A stretch of 64,000 nt of DNA from Eutreptiella sp. 'Long Island Sound 2002' (GCA_964036045.1 OZ038378.1:7502001-7566000), one strand, 5' to 3'; numbered from the stretch's first letter, positions 22,972-37,400 are shown. Numbers and translations: made by a program. The notes: generated by a model not told the origin, from the sequence alone.

Positions 22972-23710
22972 GTTGCCTAAAGGAGCGGAAAGTCACAGCA
23001 GCGGTGGCTTGTGGCAACAAGTTGAGCAAAAAGACTAACATGCGTCCCGAAAACATGTGCAGGGGCTCACCACAAGTTACACCACACACTGTGGCGCCTG
23101 TTGTGCAGTTCATCACCCTTGGTTGTTTCCAAATCAAAGCAGGTTGTTCATGTTCAGGCAATTCACTGTACCGGCTTCGTTTTTCTGCGTGCAGATTTAT
23201 CCTTAGCTGGCTTTGGCGACAAGTTGGAACCTGACCATGAGCCGGCAAACCACACCAATACCGAAGAACCATAAGGCTGCAATTCACTGTATGGTTGCTT
23301 TGGCCGTTCAACCCCACTGCGGATCGCATGCAAGTCGCATGTCAAGAATTCCAGTGAAGTTGCTGATGACTGCTAATTGCGGTAAGTTTGCCAAAGGGAT
23401 AGCTCGCAAGAGAATGACTTCATGACTTCACTAAACGTGGACAATGGTGAATGGGGAATAAAAGAAGCCTACAAAAGGGATGCTTTCCAGGAAAAAGGAG
23501 TACTGTAGATTCTATAGTAATCTATAAACGGAAAGTGTGAAATCCAATGTGAGGAAGGGAGAAATTCTACAATTCTACATGCCGAAAGGCCCCCAAAAAC
23601 GGGCGCTCGCGGCACCTGTGAATGTGGAACCTGGAAGTGCACTCCTCCCCGCATGCCCCCCAAATGGAACTTTTTAGCCGTACATTGATGTTTCAATCCG
23701 ATTGGAAAGT

Positions 23711-23739
23711 CCGATCCGATCCGATCCGATCCGATCCGA
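23711..23739 (+). repeat. (CCGAT)5 microsatellite in the divergent intergenic region
   Basis: Seen directly. Confidence 0.9.
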
Positions 23740-23996
23740 AGTCTGGGAAAGAAGGTTCTTGACTTCCGAAGTCTTTACGCCACGAACGAAGAACTCAACT
23801 TGCTCAAAATCTGACGGGCACTAAGCTGGATGTTTCAGATGAGCGTGATGTGACGTTGCAATTTATGCCGCCAGTGGTTGGAGTACTTGTTCCTCCACGG
23901 AAACAAGCAAAATGTCCGTTGCATCTCGTAAAATATGCCGGAATTTTCACGGAACACCTGAAACAGAAGTTTCCCGGTGTGTGGGCCACTGTTATC

Positions 23997-24237
23997 AGGT
24001 CACGACTAGTCGAAAGTATATTGGTGACAAAAGATTCTCGAACTGTGAGGACAAGGACAACCACGACAGTTGTGCATCCACACGAATTGTATTTTTCAGC
24101 TCCCTCAGCCGAGAGGAGGTCACGACTAGTCGAATGTATATTGGTGACAAGAGATTCTCGAACTTTGAGGACAAGGACAACCACGACAGTTGTCTGCATC
24201 GACACGAACTGCATTTTCACCTCCATCAGCCGAGAGG
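23997..24237 (+). repeat. 120-bp tandem duplication (2 copies)
   Basis: AGGTCACGACTAGTCGAA starts at 23997 and 24117; copies end CAGCCGAGAGG; copy 2 has a 2-nt insertion. Confidence 0.92.
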
Positions 24238-24982
24238 GTACACAGGGATCTGGGTAAAGTCAGCACAAAGAAGAATCTCAGAGTTTTATTTTGTGGGGCC
24301 CCTTGCAGGCACATCAGGCCGCGCAGTGCCGTTCATTTCAGCACTTCGCCTCCCCTTGACACGCTCATGGTGGGGCACTGAGCCCGCAGTGGTTGAAATT
24401 GCCCAAGCCTTACCTTCATTCTTGACGACGCAGGACGTCATCTGATTGAGGAATGGCTGTGCTGCACGAATCACGCGCCAGAACTAGCGGAATGTTAACA
24501 CATCTGTTCGAGATCCAGGTGGAAGCGACCTCATGAAAGCAAACAAAATGAGCTGTACTACTGTTAGCACCTAGCTCCTGTTGTGTGTGTGTCTGTGTGT
24601 GTGTGTGTTTGTGTGTGTGTGCTGGCGTGCAACACCAGCTTGCTAATCCTTCTAATTAGACCAGGAGCAGGTTGCCATTTTATCCTCATTGACAGGCTAC
24701 GGTTCGGGCTTATGGCACTTCGCCAGTGCCCTCTTGGTGTGCCCAACTGGATTCTCCTCGAAAGCGTCCGGATGCGAAGCAACTTCAGAACATTCTTCAA
24801 GCGGTAATCCGTGGAGACTCCTTGCGATCCTGAGGGATCGAAGTTTATGCATTCACCACCAATTCCACATTCAGCCCTCTTTCCAGCCAGCGAAGTCTTC
24901 CACCAAGTGTCGCAACGGGCGACGCGTAGCATAGCCACATCCTGCATATTTGTCTTGTATGTAGTGTATTTGTACCACGCCG

Positions 24983-25417
24983 ATGGCCTTGGACCGGAAA
25001 CGCGTGCTTTTCGGCGTTTGCCTGTGTTTGTTGGTTCTCGGAATGTTGCGGCGAAAGAAGCGGGGAAGCGGTCGCCAACGGAAAGGCAAGGGTGCAAAGG
25101 GTGCACCGAAGCCGAACTTCAAAGATTTGTGGAAGCTACTGCGGCCAAAAAAGCCGTTTGCGCCAGGGGAGAGCGGGGCCGGCAGTTGGGAGATGGCAGC
25201 CATGGCATTGTTATGTGTTTTGCGGATGTTTCTAATGCAACACACTAGCGAACTTGTGCGTCTCCTCGACACCAATGCCATGACGCGGAACCAACAAGAA
25301 TTCTGGAGGTTGATGCGAACGCAACTAAAACTCTCCACAATTGTGGTGCTGCATCGCCAAACCTATAAATATGTGGAACAACGCCTCGGGATGATTTGGC
25401 GCCGCAAGTTGACTCAG
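24983..25417 (+). CDS. ABCD1: ABCD exon 1
   Basis: MALDRKRVLFG...YKYVEQRLGMIWRRKLTQ. Confidence 0.88.
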
Positions 25418-28400
25418 GTCCCATTTCCCAACTCTAGGAAAGTTGTTTTACTGTCAGGAAAATTTGAGGAATAGGTTCTCGGGAAAAATGATAAAATATC
25501 ATAACATATCAAAGGTAGTAGGGAGGTACTGATCACTTGGGCCTCACACCTGCACTAGGGGGGTTTCAAGCCCCACAAAACGAGGTTACGTTAATGCTTC
25601 ATGCTTCTAATGCTCCAAACTGGCTCCAACATTTTTCACCTTGGGCACAAAGCAGAGCACTGCGAAATATGCATGCACCCCCCGCCCCCGCCGCCGTGCT
25701 TACCGCCAACTCCGTTCTCAACAAAGGGTGAATTGCTCCTTCCTGCGCTCATGTGAAAAAAACCAATAAACTTTGCTCCAAAACCTCCAGGTGATTTTCC
25801 CGTAGTTGGGTTAGTTTAGGTGGCGAGCTTTGACCTGCGGCGAGTCGGACTTCTGAACATCCCCTCCTAAGCCCTCCCGAACCCACCTTTTTTGGTTTTT
25901 TATGCTGCTGCTGTGGCCCAATTGGTTGCACGCCTGTGATTGCATATACATGCAATTAATGCCCTTGACGCTCCGTGCCGCACTCACTCCAAGGTTTGCA
26001 CCACTGCCACAGTGTCAATGGAGTTGGGCAAGCTTAGCCGATGTTACAACCACGGCAAGAGAGGAAGTGGGGGCACCCAGGTCACCCTGGATTTACCCGA
26101 TCCGACAGGGTGTCGTGGTGTTGTGGGAAGAATACAATTCATTGTTAAACTAGGGACCAAATGTTATGTCCAGGATCATTGAGATGATGGTAATTTTGCA
26201 TCTGGACGTACTGCTCTAAAACATGCAATTTGTTGACGACTGCCTCATGTAGCACGAGCACCCCCTGTGATTTAGGTATTGCACCGCGAATATTTCTCCG
26301 GCATCAACTACTACCTCGTGTCAACCAAACTCGGGGGAGATTGCCCCGACCCCGATTCCCGCATCGTTAATGACGTCAAGGAAGTTGCAGACAATGCTGC
26401 GACCATCTTTTGTGAGCTGTTGTACACCCTCACGGCGGGGACTTTCTTCGTGGTGAAGATTTGGCGGTTATACGGTGCCGGTCTTGCACTAGCCCCATAT
26501 ATTTATTTGTGGATTGGGCAGGTGATCATTCAGGTGGTTGCCCCGTTCAATTTCAGCAAAGGACATGGGGCAATCAAGGCACAGTGGTCCAAATATGTGG
26601 AGTTGCATGACCAGCTGGTCAACAATCAAGAGGCCGTGGCCGCGCTCAAGGTACCGTCCAATGCTCATGGGCGTTTGTAGGGTGAACTTGCAATTGCCAC
26701 CAAATGCTCACGGGGATGCCTCACAAAGTGTTGTTTCGACACAAGCACTCCCACGACAACGGATGCTGCATGGTCCTGTGGGGGAGCTCACGGACGCAGG
26801 TGGTCGCAGGCCCTTGAGATGCCCTTTTTTTTTAGCCAAAACCCCCTTTTGAGGGCTCCACGTAAGTGTACTATGGGTTGTGAGCCCTCTACATACATAT
26901 TTCCTTGTGCACTTTGCCATGAAAGTAGTTTTGACGACATTTTTATTTTTACCGTAAAACCGTTTTTTCCCCTGAAAGTAACGGTCTCATAGGCTGCGGC
27001 TGTTCAGCGTAAGAGACAATTGTGATATCATTCCGTCAATGAATTAGCACATTGCACAGTTGTAGGGAGGGAGGGACTGCGGGTGGCGTGAGGTATGTGG
27101 TATGCCATTGCTAGACGCGACGTGTACAAAAGTTGTCCCCACGGTCGCAGGCAGTCGCCTGTGGTGAGAACCCCCCGTACTTACATCCCACGATGCAATG
27201 ACGAAGGGGGGTTGTTCTGAAGATCGTGGCATTTTATTTGTTTCTTCCTGCCGCACCCCCCACTCTTTTGTACCCCAGAGTGAGCCCCAAAAATTGTCAG
27301 TAGCGACAGCGAGTGCATACCAAGCATATGTCAGGAAACCCAAGTTTGCTGCTGCCCGCCACCCACCCTCCTGCTTGCGACGCCCGTCTTTGTGCCCAAT
27401 GAGTGCTGTAACTGGGTACTTGGTGAGAGAATACAGAGGGATAGAGATGCCTCGGAGCCTGGAATGCGCATGATGGCGCAAACCATATGCAGTGTACGTT
27501 GCGCTGCTCATGGAAACACCTTTGGGTGCAGGTACATACTCCGCTTGTTGCCATCTGCCCCATCTCAGCTCTTGCCCACCCCGCCCCGTGTGAGCCTCGC
27601 CACCAGTCGGCGAGCATCCTCACCCGCTGCGCTTAGGGTCAGGATTTCGAGGGCGAAAACTTGACGCGGCAGTACAAGGAGATCGTGAAGGCGCAACACT
27701 CGTTCCATAGCCGCATCGTGCGACGCGGGGCCACAGAGCAGTTTCTGTACTCCCACTGGCTACGGTCGTTTCTGATGACCTTCATCACGGCGCCGATGTT
27801 GTTCCTGCGCCAGACCCCACTAACTCTCGGGACTCTGGAGGAGATCGCAGCTGCACGCGGCGACCTGGGGCACCAATTCGTCTTGTTTGTGCAGTCAATG
27901 ATTGCCGCAGGAGGTGTACGCAAAGCTGCACACACATAGCACCTGGTAGGCGTAGTATGGTGGGCGCAGTGTGGCAAGCATTGGATGTCGGTTGTAGTGT
28001 GGTGGGTGGGTGGGTGGGTGGGGCAGCGCAAGTAGTAAGTGGGGCCGCGGGATTCTCCCCCGGCACGTTCCTCAAACTGGCGGGTATCGCACTTCCTGCT
28101 TTGGCCCATTTTCGCATCAATGGGCCAGCCCCCCGAGGGGGGGGGGGGGTTGCCACAGCCACGGAAAAGGCTGTCCGAACAAGAATGGCAGTTGTGACCT
28201 ATTTTCAGTGCAAACCGGAATTTCGCGTCTTTCAAACGGGCCATGACCGGCCCTGGGCGGCGAAACCTCCCACAGGGTCTCCGAGGCCGTTGAAAACGCA
28301 TTCCGCGGTTGTCTTAAGGTGAACCGCCATACAGTGCACGAGTGCATCCAGCAATCCCTACAGAGTTGGGGGACCCGAAAAATTTACCCGGCTTCAAATC

Positions 28401-31400
28401 GGAAAATCCCAACAATTCGGGTTCTCAGGGTCAAAAAGGGGGGGGTCATTTTGTTCAGACGTCGTGCGTTTGATGAGGGGAGGAGATGGTGAACAGGGCT
28501 CAGCATTTACAACCCATCGCCCTCTGCAGCTTCAGCGAAGATCCTGATGCAGGCGCAGCGTATGTCCTCGGGAGTCGGAAGGATCATGGGGCTGCACAAT
28601 ACCCTGCGTGGTGGGCAACAGGACCACACTGCTGGCCAGTGCTTTGTGGAGGCAGACCACATCCGCTTCGAGGTTCATTCCAATCACTGCTCATACCTTT
28701 CAGGCTTTTGACACACATCAGACAGGGGCGTTCCTGGGACACTTCCATGGCTCCCACCGCATTCACTTTTGCCAATTATGCAGCAACCCAACTAGTTGCT
28801 GATGAGTTTGTATCAGTTTTTTTGCTTCTTTGATCATCCATGGTGGTTGCTGGGCTGAGCCCAGGGCTAACCAATGCTTGTAGTACATGGATCTTGCTGC
28901 GCAGTCATTTTTGTGGGCATTCTGCATGGCTATCCCCAGCTGCACGATCTGCATGTGGTGCATCCCGGTGGATACACCACATGGATACACTGGGATACAC
29001 CGCATGTACAAAGTGCAGTGCTGATTCGCAGCGAGACCGATCGCTCGCACATCCATCCAAGGCAAGTCCATCCCATTGATCGTTTTGTGCTACAGTGGTC
29101 CTACAACAAAGCAGTCCCTCCCTTGTGGCTTCACCAATGAATGTGCTTGCTCTTATGCATAGCTTTGTCAGTCCGCACCTTTCCTGGATTTTTTGCTGTT
29201 ATTTCCAAATCATGTTTCAAGGGTGTGACGATCAGAACCCCAACAAAGCAGCCTCTGGTGCACAATCTCTCCTTCGCTGTGCCACTGGGCAGCTCGCTGC
29301 TGCTGACGGGCCACAATGGCGCTGGCAAGTCATCCATCTTCCGCTGCCTTGGGGGCCTGTGGCAGACATTGGGCGGCACCATCAAGAAGCCGGGTAACGG
29401 GGACAGTGGATTGCACCATGACGTCTTCTACATCCCACAGAAGCCCTACAACGTGGTGGGCCATCTTCGTGACCAACTCACGTACCCTTCACACGAGTGC
29501 AGTGTGACAACAGAGCGAATGGTCGAGGTCTTGAGCAAGGTATGTTGCAACAGTAGGGAATGGTAGTGGTATGGGTGAGACCCTGCGTAGGCGTGTTTCA
29601 TTGCAAGATTATGCCATACACTCTGCTCACCCCCTACTCCACCACCCCTACCCTTGCAAAGCGAATACCACACCACTCTACGCTCTTGTGATGCAAAATG
29701 CTTTGCCCAGGATCTCGCCACTGCAATTTATGATTCTTGAGTTTGACTGCCCAGGTTCTTTGTGCCGAAGAAGATAACAAGATGGGTTTCCTTTTTTTTT
29801 TTTTGCCACCTGCAGTGCTCCAAAAAACAATCCCCCCTTTCTCTTTCTGCTCTCGTTCTTTCTCTTGCTGAATTTAGATTAGTTGCTGGCAGCCGTTCAC
29901 ACGGGCCCACAGCAGAGGCCCAACTGAGGGTAGAATTATGCGGTCTATCTTTTCGAAGACCTCGCATTTGTCGCATATTTCCCATGGTCTGGTTCAACGA
30001 GGGCAGTGAGCCAAAGGAAAATCAGAAGGTATCGAAGGTGCAGCGATTTATGCTGGGTATTGCAACAGCAGGGCATAAGGAAAGGGCGATTTTCTTCCCG
30101 ACATTTTCATCACCGATGGATCTCATATTCTATTTTATTTGTGTCTGATTTCTATTTTGAAAATGGATGTACGTTTCCCCCTGCCAAACCCCCAATGTTT
30201 TTTCTGTGGCTCAGGGTTTTGTAGCCCCAGATGGTGCCCTGGACCCGCATCTACAGCGGATGGTAGGTACACGGTTTGCATGTGCCGACCCCCCACCCAC
30301 CCCCACCCACTCAGCCCCTACACTGTCCTGTACAGTGTGCCCGGGCAACCGCTCTGCCCGAGCACACTGTGTCTCAGGCACTACTGCTCTGCCCAAGCAC
30401 ACTGTGACGATGGTGCAACACGACAACAAAAACACAAGCCAACAGTTCCCGCCACCTACCCTCTCCTTTTCTTTTCTTCAGTCATGAAGCACGCAAACCT
30501 CCCTCTTTTGCAGTGCTTCGTCTTGCGCGTTAGGGCAGTGGCTGTAGCACCTCGATGAGCATATGTGGCACACACTCCCCTGGACCTCATGATAGTGGGT
30601 TTGATAGCTTAAAACACTGCCTAGGCCCCACCGCAAGGCCTTGGGAATACCGACACCCGCACTGCCAGGTCGCTACAGCCCCGGCTTTGCAACCCTCCGC
30701 TGCAATCACAGCACACGGACCAACCTCCCTCGTAAGGCAGTCGGGAGCACAATTTCAGCCCCCAAGCCATGGTGGTAATGATCAGGCACTGGAGAACACC
30801 CTGGGGGGGGTTTCCATGGTCCCATAGGTTTGGCCCCTCCCACACGGGTTGAGCGGCCCTGCTGCTTGACCACATTGCCCAGCCAACCCCAGCCCATACA
30901 CCCCCCTCTTATCCACACCGATCCAATCCGCCCACACCAACCCAACAGGCATGCAAAGCCCCCCTTCCCACCAAGGCCCCAGCACAGGGCCTGGGTAGGA
31001 GGAACACCCACTGCAACGCACCGCAGGGTGCTCACTACCACTGATGTGGGAAATGTAACACAGGGCCAGGGGCTTCCAGTTCACCAAACGGTACCCATCC
31101 GTGGTGCGCAGCGTGTCAGGCATTTTGCCAGTTGTTTCAGGGATTCATCGCTTGTGCAGTGTACAGTGGGTGTTTCTCCTACCCGAGCCATGCTGTGGGA
31201 CTTAGGCAGTGCTTTGCAGCGCGTGTTTGTCCTACCAAGGCCCTGAGGCGGGGCCCACGCTCCAGACTCCGCGGTCATGGGAAGATTTGATGTGGAGCAT
31301 GCCGTTGGCGTGGGAGGGCGCACAAGCAGCACTTGAGTCGCAGGACAACTGTCCCACTCTCACCTAGTGAAATTCATTTTCCCCAGCTGTTAGGGGTAGC

Positions 31401-34400
31401 CGAGTAGGCTGCCCACCTCTCGCAGTTTTTTGAACCTGCCCTCTTCACCCCCAACCCAATGGCTGGGCACGCAACTCACCTATCCACAAGTGGAGGATTC
31501 CCTCCTCAAAAGGGTAACAAGTACGTACACCCAGAAGTACCAACTGGCATGCTCGTTCAGCCTTTCCCCCCCACCTCCGGACACATGCTCACGCCGCGAG
31601 GTCCAGAACTGCACTGAACGCTCCTGTGAGTCTGCAACTCCTTCACCATTCCACTCGAGGGGGTGGGAGAGAGATAGAGGCAGGCAGAGGCAGAGGCAGG
31701 GCCTCATGTGCACGACTGTCTGCTGCAGGTTGATCTCGGCTATCTTGTGGAGCGGTACGCTGCAGAGAACGAGGTGAACTGGGAGCAGACTCTGAGTTTG
31801 GGCGAGACCCAGCGGCTTGCAATTGCCCGGCTTTTGTACCATCGGCCCAGATTTGCGATCTTGGACGAATGTACGTCCGCTGTCAGTGGGGCCATGGAAC
31901 GCCGTCTGTATCAATTACTGAAGGATGAGGGAGTGACATATATCACCATCAGCCACCGGCCCGTGCTGAAGGCGTACCATGATCAGTTACTGACCATTGG
32001 CGACCCATGTCCCAAAAACCCGTATTCGGGGATTATGGTGGCGCTCTCGGGATCGGTGCCGGCCGACCCAACAGAATTGCAGACGGCCTTGGCGGACATC
32101 CTGAGCATTCCTGCAGAGAGCCTCACGTGCTTCCCAAAGCACCCGGACGTGTTTGTGGTGCCATGTCCCTCGTCCTGTGCGATGCTGCAGGAGGGTGCCA
32201 GCCAAGTGCGGACCTGTTTGCAGAAGGTGTCATGCACCACCCACTCAGAACACCATCCCACTACCATATTTCAGTACAGTACCCCAGTCAGGGGAAAGGG
32301 AGTATTCACCCTTTTCAACCTCCACGACTGTTCCGAGTAGCGTTGAAGAAAAAATGCGGAAGGGAGGCTTTTGGGTGAGGTTGATGGAAAGAAGGTAAGA
32401 AGAAGCCGGGATGTGTGGTATCCCTTGCGGGCAGAGACAACTTGCCACTTGTGTCCATCCGCCACATCAGAATTAATCGCATGGAATTGGGCCCGAGACG
32501 GGAACTGGATGCAGCTGGTTCCTGCTGAGTGGGTGTGAGACAGGAACGCGTAGTGCCTACTGGCACATGGTATGGGGCATGCCCAGCCTGGGTATTGGGT
32601 GTTGAAACAGCATGCCCATAGTACCACTTCCACCGTGCAACGGCCGATCCTACGCTGAACCAGCAGCAATGTCAGTAAATGGGTTAGAAAGCATCAAACT
32701 TCCGTTTTGCTTCGGCTTCTCCTTGCTCTTGCACGTTTGATCACCATAAGTCATGTCTCTGCTTTTCGATGAGGGAGTCCCCAGCTATATGTGCACCTAT
32801 CCCACTGTTCTCAAAAAGTTCTGTGTTGCCCGTTCTGATGTACCCGTCCCTCTCGGTTGCTTTCGACTTCCGCTGACCTCGCACGCGACACGAGTCCCAG
32901 TGGTGCAGAGTGCCCAGCAACATCCGCTCCTCAACAAAGCTCCAAGAGGAGGTGGATCATATATGGCACATCTAACCAGCTCAGTCTGTAAGCAGCCAGG
33001 AATTGATCGCTCAGGGTGAGCTTGCTTGCCTTGCCCACCAATGCACCACCAGATGATCAATGAGGAGGAGAAAGCATAGGAATAAATCCTCCAGTTTCTG
33101 GGGGGAAGACATCAAAGTATGGCATAGCATAGCAGACGAGAATATCCCCCCAAACAGGCATTTTGGAACAATGTATCTGGGGCTTCCATTGGCAACCAAA
33201 ACATGCATGGGGAGAGCACCCCAAACATAGGGTGGGAACAGATTCGAAATCTCATTGGGGTGTTGATTTGCATCATATCCTCAATGGTGCAATTTAGGGA
33301 TTCTTCTGTGTACAATGCCCTGTGCACCCCCCCCCCCCCCAGGCATAGCTTCTTCGCACACTGTTGCTGCTGCTGACTCTCTTTTGGCTGCAGGATTTGG
33401 ACTCCCCCGACAGTGTTCTGCGAGCGCGGCAGCACACCGCCAATGATCCCGTCGCACTCACCCGTGTGGACCCCGTCCCAGGGTACACACTGCAGGAGCT
33501 CAGCCGGGAGTCGACCAAAGAGGCCCAGTTCTCGCACCAGAGCACCGTATCATCGCCATCCGGTCCATCCAGTCCCACGTCGCCCCCCGGCGCCGCCGGC
33601 GCGCGCTGGGGCAAGGGCTCGGCGCGGCAGCAGCTGCTGCGGCTCCTGCGGATGGGGCTCACGAAGTCCGGGTATCGGAAGGCAGTCATGATAGTGTTGT
33701 GCATCTTCGCGCAGGCAGCGCTGACGATGTTACAGACAAAGCAGTTGTCCAATATGATGGCGTCGATCTTTGGGCAGGACAAAAGATCGTTCATCAAAGC
33801 TTTTGCGGTCAGCAGCCTGATCAGTGCATTCCAGACCATCACAGAGCAGGTCCCTCCTCATGTACCAGCGTCGTCCCTGAGGAACCATACGACTGCGGCT
33901 TGTTCAGGGCAGTCCCTGAACAGCCCAAATGGATGGTAAGAGGCATCTGGGGAGGAACTGACGTAGAACCGGCCGCAGTTGGACTGCATTTGACGGCGGT
34001 TGCAGGATAACCGACGCTGATCGACATTTTATTTATTGTCGAGGATTAGAGTCAAGCCCGCGTAATCACCGTGAGCAAATTAAAGTTGTGACCGCCTGCC
34101 ACGCCACTGTTTTGGTTCCACTGTGTCTGTTTCTTCGGCGGGTTGTGGCCCGGGGTGGGTTGGTGCCCAACTGCAGTCCTTACACTGACCCCCCGCCCCC
34201 CCTACCGCAGGCCCAAAACGTTGAGGAGGGCTCAGTCTGGGGCTCAGCCATACAATAATCACACACCACACCACTTCGTAAGCGCACATTTGTGGCATTG
34301 CACCCATGCCAACAACGCTGGTACTCGCAGTGCACCCGCTCTGCTTCGCTGCCTGCCTTCAGAGCTCGTGCTGGTGCATCCCTCCTGCTCGCCGTCTCGT

Positions 34401-37400
34401 CCTCTTCTCTCACTCCGCCCTTCGCTTGTCATCACGCCTTTCGCTCTGCCATATGTTGAGCCGTCCTCTGGCCTGCGCATCCGCACACCCCAGGGAATGC
34501 AGTACAATCAGCGAGAATTGAATGTGGACCTCTCAAGGCATTTGACGGCCTCACTTCAGCAGCGGTACCTCTGCAACGGGGCATTTTATACCCTGTGCCA
34601 GACCTCCCCCGTTACAGACCCTCAGCGACGCCTTACCGAAGATTTGCGTCAGTTCTGTGATGCTATCTCAGATTTGTTTCCTTCGCTGCTGAAGCCTTTG
34701 GTAGAACTGATGTTTTGCCTTGTGAGTGTGAGCAGGTACGCGTCTCAGGGGCTGCACGGGTTGAGGAAGCCTTGTTGAGGTCAGCACGGATAAAGCATCA
34801 GTGTCAGTGCATGGGCAGGGCAGTTGGAGCCGGAGAAGCCGGTGCGCATGATTGTCCGTAGGCTTCTTCTCTCTCTCTCTCCCTCTCTCTCTGTGTGTGT
34901 GTGTGTGTGTCCCCAAGGCGGACTGGAGTGATGATTTCACCATCCTACGGGCCACGATAGCTGAACTTCAGAGGTTACTGTTGCTCACTGTTTACCTATC
35001 CTTTCTACTGTGACTGACATGCGCTTGGGTTGGCCCCCTGTGGCCTACGTGTGTGTTGTCATGTGGTTACACATGACATGGTTGTGATTGGCATGCGGTC
35101 CACGGCCGTTGCTCCCGATGAGCTGTCTAACCCAGGCATGCCCAAGTCTTTTAACTGTATCCTGCGAACAGGTTTCTCCAATGTGGGGTGGTATCGGGGT
35201 GCATTGGCTTCTGGAAGCCTTTTCTAATCGTGGTGCGGTGACTGGCAGTCTGGTTTGTTTGTTCCCAGCATGTCCAGCAATGCATCAGGCTTGGCTTTGT
35301 TCCCAGACAATGGCGAGGGGTGTGTTGGTGTGGAGCTGGGCTTTGGGCAAGTCACGGGGAACCTCAACATTATGACCTGATTTATGATCTCAGAAGAGGC
35401 AGCAGTCTCAAAAAATGGCTCCAGGCCAGGCCATAAAAAATGGCCATTTTTGAGGTGATGCCTGCAGATGGACAGAAACGAAGCGAAGGACTGACCCGAT
35501 CTGTCACCGAACATTCAGTGGTTTTGGCACCGGTCCTCCTAAGAAGTGACTGACAGTGAATCCACACGGGCTATGGTCCGGTCCGGGCCAACAGTTTTTG
35601 TAGGCTGGCCTCAATCCTGTCCTTGAAGGTCCCAGGTCCCATGCTTTTTCCCAGCTCTGCCACCCCCATTTCGTCGCAGGTTGGCAGGACTGAAACCAGT
35701 AGGTGGCATGGCTGGCTACCTGGTCGTGGCCCTGGCAATCATGCGGGCGGCCATGCCCGGCTTGGGGCGCTTGACTGCGCTTGAGAGCACGAAGGAGGGT
35801 CGCCTGCAGTGGGTCCATTCACGCATCCGTGTCCATGCCGAAGCCATGGCGTTTTTTGGCGGCGGGTCCAAGGAGGAGCTTGTTGCTACCAACAGGTGAT
35901 CCCCTCTGTTTGGCATGGCAGGGCAGTCCTGTCTTTGCAGACCCTTCACCTTGTCTGCATCTTCCCCTGCCCAAACCAGAGAGCCTTTCTGTTTTGGTTC
36001 TGGTTTAAAAATGGAAATAAAGGCACGTCGACTGCAACCGCCGTCGGCCGGCGCACAACCGCCGTGGGCCAGGCCGCAAGTGCCATCCGTTGACTAACAA
36101 CTGCTGTTGACTGGCACAGCCTTTCTTAGACTCACAGTGCACCAAGTCCACAAGACCAGCTTGTGCTCAACACCCTGTGACAAACCACAGACGACGCTTT
36201 GAAGGTAATGTAACGTAAAGTAAACAGATGGTAGAGCGCATGCAAGTGTAGTCACATCCATCTGCGGAGTGTCATTTTTCTCTGCAATTGTAGATTCTAT
36301 GGTTGTTTCAGGCTGTGAAACCGCAGCATCTAGAGCTGAGGACTCTTTGCGAATAGAGTTCCTGGGTAGTAGGAGCGAGGTGCCATGGGTATTTCATCCT
36401 TTGCCATGCCAAGGCTACATGAAGTTCCAAATTTTCAAGGAGGGGGCGCTCATCCGAATGCTTTGCCCCCAGAAACTGCTTGCTGTCATACAACAACCCT
36501 GCCCCACCCACGGGCCTAGAGCTCCTCACTGTCAGGTCCCAGTCTCTACCCCACCCATTCCAATTCTGAACTCACTCATTAGTAGGCACACACACACCGC
36601 TCAACTCAGGGCAAAAAAAGGCTGATTTTGGCCCTAAGTTGCGCATTTTGAATGGAGGTCCGGCACTTGCGACGCCCGTTCCCGGCCGCCACCGTTGAGT
36701 TTCTGACTCATACTTTGTGTGGTTGTCCCTCACACCCATAGGTAGCATCCACCAAAATTTTGGCCGAATCCGAAGCACCACGACGGAGTTGTGATTTTCC
36801 CCCATTTCGCGTGTGCTTGCTGCTTGTTGCTTGCTTGCTGCTTGCTTGCTTGCCTGCCAAACCTGTTAGGTCCACCCTAGACACTAAAGAGGGTTATAAA
36901 ACCAAGACTGGTTCCACCAGCTCGGTGATCACCCGCTCCCCTAACCCCACAGCTCTCCCTGTGCACACCACCGGATTGGACTGATCTTGGTCCAAAATAG
37001 GCTGGTGCTTGCCCCTGTTGATGTGTTGCCCCCCAACCCCAACCCCCAACCACAACCCCCAACCCCAACGTGCAAAGCATGGCAGGGCACCCAACTGTTG
37101 TGCTCTGGCAGGAAAGGAGCGCAATGAGAATGAGGATGATGCAAGGAAATGACTGTGCCAACACAATGCAAGGTGTACAACCTATACGATGGGCAGGTGG
37201 GGTGCCCTTGCGCCGTTTCTGTGAAGTGATTTTCACCCAAATTAAAAAGATGATTATGGAATTATGGAAAAATTTGCGGGGCTCACAGAAATGATGGAAA
37301 TTAGGATGGCAATCTGTCCCTGTGCCTGGTATGTCATGGTTTCACCATTGCACATCCTTTGTTCCCTCCTGTGAACTGAACCTGGGGTTTGTGGACACAT

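Noticed and set aside
24690-24830. Kinase subdomain XI-like LDSPRKRPDAKQLQNIL
   Set aside because: No upstream kinase motifs (HRD, DFG, APE) in any frame.
32750-32955. Alternative ABCD exon MSLLFDEGVPSY...
   Set aside because: Needs a weak or non-canonical donor from exon 6; the 51-nt phase-0 exon fits canonical sites. Not fully excluded.
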